Source: Candidatus Fokinia solitaria
GTDB lineage: Bacteria; Pseudomonadota; Alphaproteobacteria; Rickettsiales; Midichloriaceae
Direction of reading: 5' to 3'
Length of the DNA stretch: 60,498 bases
Assembly (NCBI GenBank): GCA_945875075.1
Contig: CAMCJK010000001.1
Location: forward strand, 1-60,498
Shown: positions 37,658-45,812 of the stretch, in pieces
How the letters are laid out: each line of letters begins with the position of its first letter
How positions within the stretch are numbered: position 1 is the first letter of the stretch
Notes under the pieces: model-generated
Databases searched by the model: none
What the model was told of the DNA's origin: nothing
Seen by the model: only the letters and a program-made list of their open reading frames with translations
Translations under genes and position numbers: made by a program

Positions 37658-40600
37658 GTGAAAAAGTATACGAAACATTTATTAGTCTTAATATTTTTTT
37701 TATCTTGGGCTATTTGTAGTCAAGCATATGCTGGTATAGCTGCCGTCTTTAAAGACTGTACAATACAAGGAAAAAAGCAAAATGATGATAGTGGTACCAA
37801 CAATAAGAATAATGTTGTCAGTTCTATCTATAGCGCTCATAATAAAACTTATTGTGATAATATTTGCAATACAAGATTTGCAGCTCAAGAGCAAAACGTT
37901 AATATGGAGATAAATGCAAACCTTATCTCAGAGTGCCTTAATCTTTGTATGGATAAAGTACATTCCACTGATAAAATTGCTTATACAGCAGCTGCTAAAA
38001 GAGCTTATCCTGGACAAGAAACAAATAATGTTACAGATCCACAAACTCATAAAACTTATAGTACAACAATAAACTATTCAATTTATAAATATGAAATACC
38101 ACAACAGATAGGTGTAAATACTACTACAGATATAAATATTAAACCAAGCGATAAATATTTCAGTTCAGAACTAAAAAATGATTCAATTACAACAATAAAG
38201 CTTGACTCATCTGCTACAAACGTCATTTATGCATGTGGTCATAAAGTTATAACATTAGAGCCAATGTTTCCTAATATGTTTCAGATGTCACCAGATACAG
38301 TGAGTGGTGGTGATTCTGAAAGGAATTCAATAGATGTTGACTATAGTAAGGTTGAAAACACAAAAACAAATGCAACTCTTAAAAATCCAAACTATGCTGG
38401 TACAACAGATTTTGATTATAATCAGTACGTACAAAGCTTTGGCCGCAAACCAGAAGGTTTAGATGAAATGCTGCAAAATTTATTTTGTGATAGCTATGCA
38501 CAAGATATTACAATGGGTGACAAGCCATTTAATTGTGCTACAGACATAAAAAAATATAATCTTGACCCAAGCTATTGTAATACATGTATAGCACCTGATG
38601 CCTGTGCTACGGCATACATTAAAGTTAGAAATGGTAAAATGAGTGCAGATGACTGTAAGAAAAATTCTACAAACAATAAGTATGACAATACGTGTTGTGA
38701 TGTTTCAGGCTATATACTTGATTCTTCTATAATCAATAAATACTCTGGAATACAGAAAGTAAATATAGATAAGTCTTTCTTCTATAGAAATGGCTGGTCA
38801 AATTCTACATCAACAGATGACAAATCAACTGAATGGACAAGTGAAACAGTCAAATATCATCCCTGCCTTAGTACTAAAGCTAGTCAACCATCAAATTCTG
38901 AGGTGACAGATATTAATAAGAACTCACCAAACTATAATTATAGCTCTCAGATGACTATCAGTGTTGATAATTATCCTGAGAAGGTTGGTTGCTACCCTCA
39001 ATGGCATCTATATAATACAAATTATCTAGATACTGGGATAATAGTTTCAGATGATGATTTTTTATCAATATCTTGGGGTGGAAATATAATTTTAGGTAAT
39101 GGATTAAACACTCCATTTATTGATCAATCTCTAGCGAAAGCTTTGACAGCAGGTGATAATTCAGCATTTGCTAAATTCTCCAATAGTCCAGTAGCCCAAA
39201 AGATGCAAAAGCTCAAGATATTACAAATCATGAGTACACTAGCATTTGATGGACTGGACCCTCTAGTGGGGGAAGGTGGTGACATTCCTCAGAACAATAG
39301 TAGTAGTACTAATCCTATAAACCCAGATGCTATCGATGGTGAAATATGTAATAAGAAAACGATTTATGACTTGAGATGTATGGATAAAGCACCATGGTAT
39401 GGCCTTACTGGAAATATCAATAGGAAAGCTGGGACTCCTATTAATGGTAATATAAATGCCCCTTGTAGTGAGAGAAATATTTTAGGCGACACATATCAAT
39501 ATAGTGGTCATTTAAGTGGTCTTGGTAAGGAGAAGCCTTTAAAAATCAGACATCTACTAAATGATAGTAATAGTGGTATGTCTGATCTGTATCAGAACAG
39601 TATTATTTCAGGTGGATATCAAGTATCTATAGAATGGGGTGGATGTCCTATGAAAGATGGTAAAGGCCTAGAAATAGCATTAGGCAATAGCGATTCTAAA
39701 GATGAAGACTTGCAATGGATTGACATATCTAGCAAAACAAAAGCTGGATATACACTTGCACCTAAAGATCAAGGAATGGGTGCATCAGATGCTGATCAAT
39801 TTTTTGACTCTCAAAAATATAGCACTATTTTCATGAGGGTTAATACCAGCGCATATAATGTTCCGCAAAGTGGGGATTTCAACACTAGAATGCCATATGG
39901 GGCTTATAAAGTATCTATTAATACGATATCAAAAGCTTCAAATAATGCTCTTTGCGATAAAGTTGACTTAACAAAAATAATTGCAAAAGAGATCTTTAAA
40001 TCATTGATTGGTGATCCTGCCAATATAACAAATGGGAATCCTTTTGAGGGTTTGATTATAAATTTATCAAATGCTATTCGTTATAAAATTATTGATATTG
40101 TCCAAGTTGCACTGGTATTATATGTAACACTTTCAGGATTAGGGTTTTTAATTGGGACAATACAGATGACCCAAAAAGAGTTTGTCAGTAGATTTGTCAA
40201 GGCTAGTTTTGTTATAATGATTTTATTTGATTCATCATGGGATTGGCTATTACAAAACTATATTAGACTATTTATTGTTGGAAGTTTAAAGCTTGCTTCT
40301 ATCTTTAATAATATTATTTACGAAATACTTTACAAGCAATTTGTGCCTAATGATTTATTTGATTTATTTCGTTCATGTAAGTATATAATGTATCTTACTG
40401 AAGGGAATTTAATGTATAGAATTATAGCCTTATCATTCTCAAGTTTACCAGGGCTTGTAATAGGATTTATAATCCTTTTTGGAGTAATCACTTCAGGCAA
40501 AGTAATCATAGAGGCAATATTTATTTATATATCTGCAATTTTGACTCAAGGGTTACTAATTTTAGTGGCTCCATTTTTTATAGTTTTAAAATTATTTAAA

Positions 40601-41125
40601 CAGACTGAAGCTATGTTTGATGATTGGTTTAAACAAGTCATGTTATTCTCAATAATACCAGCAGCTGTTGCTATATCAGTGAATTTATTTTTACTTTTAC
40701 TGCAGATAGGACTAGATGCTACCATGGGGTTTTCATATTGCATGGGATGCCAGATTAATATCTTTGGGATATGTTTTGTGCCAGGTTTTTTTACACTAGG
40801 GCTTAGTTTCTTACCAAGTGGTAGTAGTGGGAACTTTCTCCTCCCAGCTGGCATAGTATCTGGGGCATTAACATTTCTTTTTATAGTAGAGATAGGAGCT
40901 GTTGCTGTTAAGTCTACTCTTGAAGTTATCGGACGTATTATATCTTTCAAAGCTGAAGCTGCAGAAAGAACAGATATGACAGGTCTTGGTGGCAATCTTT
41001 TAGCTTCTGCTGCCCAAACACCACAAGTTTTTAAATCATCTGGTGCTAAAGACACTACAAAACGCATATCAGATGAGAAAAAATTAAAAGATGTTGGTAA
41101 AAAATTAGATAAGATCAAACCATAA
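37658..41125 (+). CDS. virB6: VirB6/TrbL-family type IV secretion inner-membrane protein with a large N-terminal extension (RvhB6-like)
   Basis: GTG start and a signal peptide (LLVLIFFLSWAICSQAYA). Then an approximately 780-aa hydrophilic Cys/Asn/Ser-rich region and a block of at least 6 hydrophobic helices (residues about 800-1090: VALVLYVTLSGLGFLIG ... FVIMILFDSSWDW ... LLILVAPFFIVLKLF ...), as in VirB6. The tail is charged. Confidence 0.6.
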   Translation: MKKYTKHLLVLIFFLSWAICSQAYAGIAAVFKDCTIQGKKQNDDSGTNNKNNVVSSIYSAHNKTYCDNICNTRFAAQEQNVNMEINANLISECLNLCMDKVHSTDKIAYTAAAKRAYPGQETNNVTDPQTHKTYSTTINYSIYKYEIPQQIGVNTTTDINIKPSDKYFSSELKNDSITTIKLDSSATNVIYACGHKVITLEPMFPNMFQMSPDTVSGGDSERNSIDVDYSKVENTKTNATLKNPNYAGTTDFDYNQYVQSFGRKPEGLDEMLQNLFCDSYAQDITMGDKPFNCATDIKKYNLDPSYCNTCIAPDACATAYIKVRNGKMSADDCKKNSTNNKYDNTCCDVSGYILDSSIINKYSGIQKVNIDKSFFYRNGWSNSTSTDDKSTEWTSETVKYHPCLSTKASQPSNSEVTDINKNSPNYNYSSQMTISVDNYPEKVGCYPQWHLYNTNYLDTGIIVSDDDFLSISWGGNIILGNGLNTPFIDQSLAKALTAGDNSAFAKFSNSPVAQKMQKLKILQIMSTLAFDGLDPLVGEGGDIPQNNSSSTNPINPDAIDGEICNKKTIYDLRCMDKAPWYGLTGNINRKAGTPINGNINAPCSERNILGDTYQYSGHLSGLGKEKPLKIRHLLNDSNSGMSDLYQNSIISGGYQVSIEWGGCPMKDGKGLEIALGNSDSKDEDLQWIDISSKTKAGYTLAPKDQGMGASDADQFFDSQKYSTIFMRVNTSAYNVPQSGDFNTRMPYGAYKVSINTISKASNNALCDKVDLTKIIAKEIFKSLIGDPANITNGNPFEGLIINLSNAIRYKIIDIVQVALVLYVTLSGLGFLIGTIQMTQKEFVSRFVKASFVIMILFDSSWDWLLQNYIRLFIVGSLKLASIFNNIIYEILYKQFVPNDLFDLFRSCKYIMYLTEGNLMYRIIALSFSSLPGLVIGFIILFGVITSGKVIIEAIFIYISAILTQGLLILVAPFFIVLKLFKQTEAMFDDWFKQVMLFSIIPAAVAISVNLFLLLLQIGLDATMGFSYCMGCQINIFGICFVPGFFTLGLSFLPSGSSGNFLLPAGIVSGALTFLFIVEIGAVAVKSTLEVIGRIISFKAEAAERTDMTGLGGNLLASAAQTPQVFKSSGAKDTTKRISDEKKLKDVGKKLDKIKP

Positions 41126-41486
41126 TTACATTAAGCTTATCATATATCTGCGGCAGTTAAAAAATTGGTACTGATAGAAAAGTGCTGCAGAGTATTTACT
41201 AAGTAAAAGCATGATAGAATAAAACAGATTGTCATACAGTTTGGCTCCTGATAAGGCAATGATACTCCAAATCTATATATTACTTACAAAAGCATGATGT
41301 ATCTCGAGTGTAAAAATCGATACTTCAAAAGAGTAACATATTGCATCATAAGAGTTAAAGATATGTGAGAGATATTCTATTGAATGAAATATTAAATGAT
41401 TTTCTGATACAAATAAATTCAGATAAAACATATACATATATCAGCCAATATGTTAAATGTTTATACAAAATTAATACATAAATATT

Positions 41487-41684
41487 ATGCCAAAAGTTAA
41501 CTTTATAGACACCAAAGATGAATTAGTCACTGCTGATGCAGACATTGAGCTATCTTTATTAGAAAGCAGCCATAAAAAAAATATTATGCCGAAAGTTAAC
41601 TTTATAGATACTAAAGGTGAATTATCAACTGTTGATGCAAAGATTGGACTATCTTTATTAGAAATCGGCCATGGAAATAGTATA
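41487..41684. repeat. in-frame 99-bp x 2 tandem duplication of the fdx 5' end
   Basis: Unit 1 (41487-41585) encodes [33 protein letters not shown]. Unit 2 (41586-41684) encodes [33 protein letters not shown] and continues into the conserved core. Confidence 0.9.
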
Positions 41685-41921
41685 GACATAGAAGGTGCAT
41701 GTGGTGGGTCTTTAGCTTGCTCTACATGTCATGTGATAGTTGCTGAAAAGGATTTCAATAAGCTTGAAAAAGCATCTGAAGATGAAGAAGATATGCTAGA
41801 TCTTGCATTTGATTTACAGAAAACATCAAGACTTTGCTGTCAGATAATTATGACAGATAAGCTGGATGGAATCACAGTGACACTACCTAAAGCAACAAGA
41901 AATATTTTACTTGAGGACTAG
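41487..41921 (+). CDS. fdx: 2Fe-2S ferredoxin, adrenodoxin type (N-terminus duplicated; functional start may be 41586)
   Basis: Cluster motif [12 protein letters not shown] ... and CQI. MLDLAF and LDGITVTLP are typical of the family. The first 33 codons are repeated in frame. Confidence 0.85.
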   Translation: MPKVNFIDTKDELVTADADIELSLLESSHKKNIMPKVNFIDTKGELSTVDAKIGLSLLEIGHGNSIDIEGACGGSLACSTCHVIVAEKDFNKLEKASEDEEDMLDLAFDLQKTSRLCCQIIMTDKLDGITVTLPKATRNILLED

Positions 41922-42006
41922 GCATTTATAAACTAATAAAAGTAAACCTATGAGGTAGGTATAGTCAATATCTTAACAATATAGCCCACTCTCCTTGAAA
42001 GAGCCC

Positions 42007-42252
42007 CTATATTTTATGTCCTTCTTACCACTTATAGGATCGACTGATATCAGTGTATGTTTCAACCAATTGGCATCATCTCTCTCAGGATAATCATCTC
42101 TTGCATGAGCTCCTCTGCTTTCTTGCCTATTGAAAGCTGAAAAAAATTGTTGCTAATGATTGCAATCGTAAATTATCTAACTCCATTGTTTCGACAAGAT
42201 CACTATTCCAAATCATATTCTGATCAGTTACTTTCACTGAGCTGAATTTTTT
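42007..42252 (-). pseudogene. duplicated fragment of the sdhA 3' region
   Basis: This 246-nt segment matches 42332-42576 inside sdhA with 4 substitutions and one extra A (gaaaaaaattg versus gaaaaaattg, frame-breaking). It lies immediately downstream of the sdhA stop. Confidence 0.9.
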
Positions 42253-42264
42253 GAATTAATAATA

Positions 42265-44055
42265 TTAATACACTCTTGCCTTGAGAGGTACTGGCATCAC
42301 ATCATCAGTCATTGTTTTTAGTGATACAGGTCTATATTTTATGTCCTTCTTACCACTTATAGGATCGACTGATATCAGTGTATGTTTCAACCAATTGACA
42401 TCATCTCTCTCAGGATAGTCATCTCTTGCATGAGCTCCTCTGCTTTCTTGCCTATTGAAAGCTGAAAAAATTGTTGCTAATGATTGCAATCGTAAATTAT
42501 CTAACTCCATTGTTTCGACAAGATCGCTGTTCCAAATCATATTCTGATCAGTTACTTTCACTGAGCTGAATTTTTTAAAATTGTCTAAGATTTTTTTACA
42601 TCCTTCTACAAGCATCACCTCATCTCTAAAAACACTCACATATTTTTGCATTATTGACTGCATTTCTTTTCTGAGTTCGGATGTTGAGTATTCACCTTTA
42701 GAATGTCTTAAAGCATCAAAATAAGCTATACTTTTTTCACCATCATTTTTACTTAAATTCATCTTTAAATTCCTTTTAACAATTTCTCCAGCTCTAATAC
42801 CAGCTGCGCGACCAAACACTATTAAATCCAGTAGAGAATTTGAACCTAATCTGTTTGCACCATGTACTGATACACAAGCTGTCTCACCTATAGCCATCAG
42901 ACCTTGTACAACATTCTGTTTGCGACCCTTACACAGCACTACCTCCCCATGTATATTTGTTGGAATGCCGCCCATATTGTAATGAACTGTCGGCTGTATA
43001 GGGATTGGCTCTTTTGTGACATCAACTCCGGCAAATATTTGTGCTGTATCTGATATTCCTGGGAGTCTTTCAGCTATCACTTTTGGGTCTAGATGCGATA
43101 AGACAAGCATTGCACAATCTTTGTTAGGCCCGCACCCTCTGCCTGCCATTATTTCCATTGTTATTGCTCTACTCACAACATCGCGAGAAGCTAAATCTTT
43201 TGCATGTGGAGCATATCTTTCCATAAATTTTTCACCTTCAGAATTTATAAGATACCCGCCCTCACCTCTTACACCTTCACTTATAAGGCAACCTGCACCA
43301 TATATTCCAGTAGGATGAAATTGTACAAACTCCATATCTTGAAGTTGTAATCCAGCTCTTAAAGCCATGCCATTACCATCTCCTGTACAAGTATGTGCTG
43401 AAGTTGCAGCGAAATATGCCCTACCATATCCACCAGTTGCTAAAAGTACTATTTGTCCTGAAAACCTATGTAGATTCCCATCTTCTAGAGAATAAGCTAT
43501 TACACCTTTACAGCTTCCATCTGCATCCATTATTAAATCTATTGTAAAATACTCAATGAAAAAATTTGCATTTAGTTTTAAACACTGCTGATATAAAGTG
43601 TGTAGGATTGCATGTCCTGTTCTATCAGCTGCAGCGCAAGTTCTCTGTGCACTTTTTCCTTCACCATAATGAGTTGTCATACCGCCAAAAGGCCTTTGAT
43701 ATATCTTACCATCAGTTGTCCTTGAGAAGGGGACGCCATAGCTTTCAAGTTCAATTACTGCCTGCATAGCGTTTTTACACATATATTCAATTGCATCCTG
43801 ATCACCAAGCCAATCTGAGCCCTTAATTGTATCATACATATGCCATCTCCAATCATCTTCTCCCATGTTACCTAGCGAAGCACTAATGCCACCCTGTGCA
43901 GCAACTGTATGGCTACGAGTTGGAAAAACTTTTGTAATACATGCCACATTCAGACCTTGTTCTACCATACCTAGGGTTGCTCTTAACCCTGCTCCACCTG
44001 CTCCAACAACGACTACATCATAATGATGATCGACTATATCATATGCACTTTTCAT
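42265..44055 (-). CDS. sdhA: succinate dehydrogenase flavoprotein subunit
   Basis: 596 aa. FAD motif [13 protein letters not shown], the His for covalent FAD in [11 protein letters not shown], and HPTGIYGAG. Confidence 0.96.
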   Translation of the reverse strand: MKSAYDIVDHHYDVVVVGAGGAGLRATLGMVEQGLNVACITKVFPTRSHTVAAQGGISASLGNMGEDDWRWHMYDTIKGSDWLGDQDAIEYMCKNAMQAVIELESYGVPFSRTTDGKIYQRPFGGMTTHYGEGKSAQRTCAAADRTGHAILHTLYQQCLKLNANFFIEYFTIDLIMDADGSCKGVIAYSLEDGNLHRFSGQIVLLATGGYGRAYFAATSAHTCTGDGNGMALRAGLQLQDMEFVQFHPTGIYGAGCLISEGVRGEGGYLINSEGEKFMERYAPHAKDLASRDVVSRAITMEIMAGRGCGPNKDCAMLVLSHLDPKVIAERLPGISDTAQIFAGVDVTKEPIPIQPTVHYNMGGIPTNIHGEVVLCKGRKQNVVQGLMAIGETACVSVHGANRLGSNSLLDLIVFGRAAGIRAGEIVKRNLKMNLSKNDGEKSIAYFDALRHSKGEYSTSELRKEMQSIMQKYVSVFRDEVMLVEGCKKILDNFKKFSSVKVTDQNMIWNSDLVETMELDNLRLQSLATIFSAFNRQESRGAHARDDYPERDDVNWLKHTLISVDPISGKKDIKYRPVSLKTMTDDVMPVPLKARVY

Positions 44056-44064
44056 TACTGCTCT

Positions 44065-44472
44065 CTATTTGCTATTGTTTTCTTGTATTATAAGTGGTTT
44101 TGTATCTATTGATTGAATTTGTATGTGAACTGTCAAAAATAGCACAGTGGTAAATACTACAACGCCAAGCGCTCCTCCTATAATAAGAAAACTTGTAACT
44201 TTTTTTATTATATCGCAAGAAATATAATCATTTATAATTGATTTAAAGCCCAATGTACCATGATACATACTGCAAATTATAAATACTATTAGGCAAGTAA
44301 TACTTTGAACAGAACCAAAAATCATTTGAGTACAAGTATAGTATTGCTCCTCATTTCCAACAACCATGCCACCAATAGCAGGTATAATCCAAAATAAGAT
44401 CCACACTGATAGCGGGACCATTATTGCTCCGCTAACTCTCTGTAATAAATATCCTTGAGTAGGAGTTGTCAT
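44065..44472 (-). CDS. sdhD: succinate dehydrogenase membrane anchor subunit
   Basis: 135-aa three-helix protein between sdhC and sdhA. LQRVSGAIMVP start typical of SdhD. Confidence 0.8.
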   Translation of the reverse strand: MTTPTQGYLLQRVSGAIMVPLSVWILFWIIPAIGGMVVGNEEQYYTCTQMIFGSVQSITCLIVFIICSMYHGTLGFKSIINDYISCDIIKKVTSFLIIGGALGVVVFTTVLFLTVHIQIQSIDTKPLIIQENNSK

Positions 44473-44501
44473 TTTTTATTATTGTTACATTTCTATTTTC
44501 A

Positions 44502-44888
44502 TTATAGAAAAAATAAATAAACACTCAAGCTTGTACATATGAATGTACAAAATATTATGAGTTTTGCAGATAAATTAACACTCTTCATATTTAAACCTAT
44601 ATTGCAAGTCCAAAATAAGTATCTAATACCAGCACATAAGTGAAATGAAAGGCAAAAAATGAAACCAAAAAGCATGAGTATAAAGAAATTTCTCAACATT
44701 TCAGCATCATTTTGTGAATATTGTAAAATATCTATAGGTTTACTAAATAAAAACATTCTCAATACACTGATAACAATGAAAAAGAACATGTAAACACCAG
44801 TGATACGATGAAGTATTGACAAGATCGACGTCACTTGAGGTCTATAAATTTGTAGATGTGGTGACAGAGGTCTTGTTTTACAATTCAT
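44502..44888 (-). CDS. sdhC: succinate dehydrogenase cytochrome b556 subunit
   Basis: RPLSPHLQIYRPQVTSILSILHRITG is the SdhC signature. 128 aa. Confidence 0.88.
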   Translation of the reverse strand: MNCKTRPLSPHLQIYRPQVTSILSILHRITGVYMFFFIVISVLRMFLFSKPIDILQYSQNDAEMLRNFFILMLFGFIFCLSFHLCAGIRYLFWTCNIGLNMKSVNLSAKLIIFCTFICTSLSVYLFFL

Positions 44889-45139
44889 TTACAAATCACT
44901 ATATTTTATTGTATTTTTAAAAGTAAATAATACACAAAAATAATTGTAGCATATTGAATTTTGTCCTACAATACTTTTTTCACACTACAATATAAAATTT
45001 GAATAGTGTTTGTATTGCAGATCACTCAATATTTGAAGGAGGGTCGATGTTAATTGATGTTAATTAGACCCCAGGAGATAGAAAAAAGGAATAATAATCT
45101 TTGATTTAAATACTACACATAAATCTAAACTGACAGTTT

Positions 45140-45335
45140 TGAGATGGTGAAATTTCTTGTCTGGTAAGGGGGCTGCTATCTGTATGAATGGCGTAATGAT
45201 TCTCCATCACCAACTCAGCAAATCTGAATTCTCCATGAATATCGGTAGCTCCACCGTTTAGATGTTTACTGCAACTTTGCATTGGTATTAGGAATTGAAT
45301 GTGTAGGATAGGGAAGCCAATCTTGAAATGTCAAA
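45140..45335 (+). pseudogene. eroded 23S rRNA relic (domain IV/V region), inverted relative to the functional copy
   Basis: 45265-45312 is a perfect 48-nt reverse-complement match to 34547-34594 of the functional 23S. The flanks align with mismatches and deletions, for example gaaatttcttgtctggtaag / ctgtatgaatggcgtaatga versus gaaattccttgtcgggtaag / ctgcatgaatggcgtaacga. Weaker similarity may extend over about 45040-45490. Confidence 0.75.
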
Positions 45336-45617
45336 GGATTATATAAAAAAGATTAATGTACTAACTTTAAATGATGAATCTGCTAAAGAACTGTAATATG
45401 GGATAGTGCTAAAACTGTAATAACTTATAAAGTATGCCTTAGTTACTCTCATCCCTACAGATCCATTCAGAACAAATAATATACTCAATTCTATATCTGA
45501 TCTGTCATACAAATTTCAAAAAACCATCATATTATTTTTATGGTTAGGTAATAAAATATGTTTTGTAATTCTTGATAGAGTGATAAAATAGTTTATATAA
45601 ACTTAATAATTTTCAAT

Positions 45618-45791
45618 ATGCAAAAGGAAAAAGATAAAAAAATACACTGTGCAGGGGGGGTGGATGTAGATTCCAAACACCCTCTCGTATACCTATATAT
45701 TAACTCAAAGAAGCCGACAGTATGCCCTTACTGCTCTAAAAAATTTAGTATACATGAGCATAACAATAAAAAGTATATTGAAGCCACATAA
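45618..45791 (+). CDS. zinc-finger (zf-CHCC, NDUFS6-like) small protein
   Basis: A 57-aa ORF absent from the ORF track: MQKEKDKKIHCAGGVDVDSKHPLVYLYINSKKPTVCPYCSKKFSIHEHNNKKYIEAT. The pattern C-x(9)-HP.VYL......-CPYC..(F) matches the zf-CHCC family common in alphaproteobacteria. Confidence 0.65.
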   Translation: MQKEKDKKIHCAGGVDVDSKHPLVYLYINSKKPTVCPYCSKKFSIHEHNNKKYIEAT

Positions 45792-45812
45792 GATATTAGA
45801 ATACTTTTACAC

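Noticed and set aside
40546-41118. 190-aa minus-strand ORF antisense to the end of the VirB6-like gene. Many similar shadow ORFs also occur (for example 3909..4262, 4327..4632, 5783..6085, 8727..8957, 12035..12331, 13632..13838, 28390..28665, 43016..43318, 53453..53842, 54068..54842).
   Set aside because: All are embedded antisense in long ORFs with clear family signatures. They have biased low-complexity composition and no independent support.
41471-41689. 72-aa minus-strand ORF with an internal repeat
   Set aside because: It mirrors the fdx 5' tandem duplication on the opposite strand. The repeat explains the open frame.
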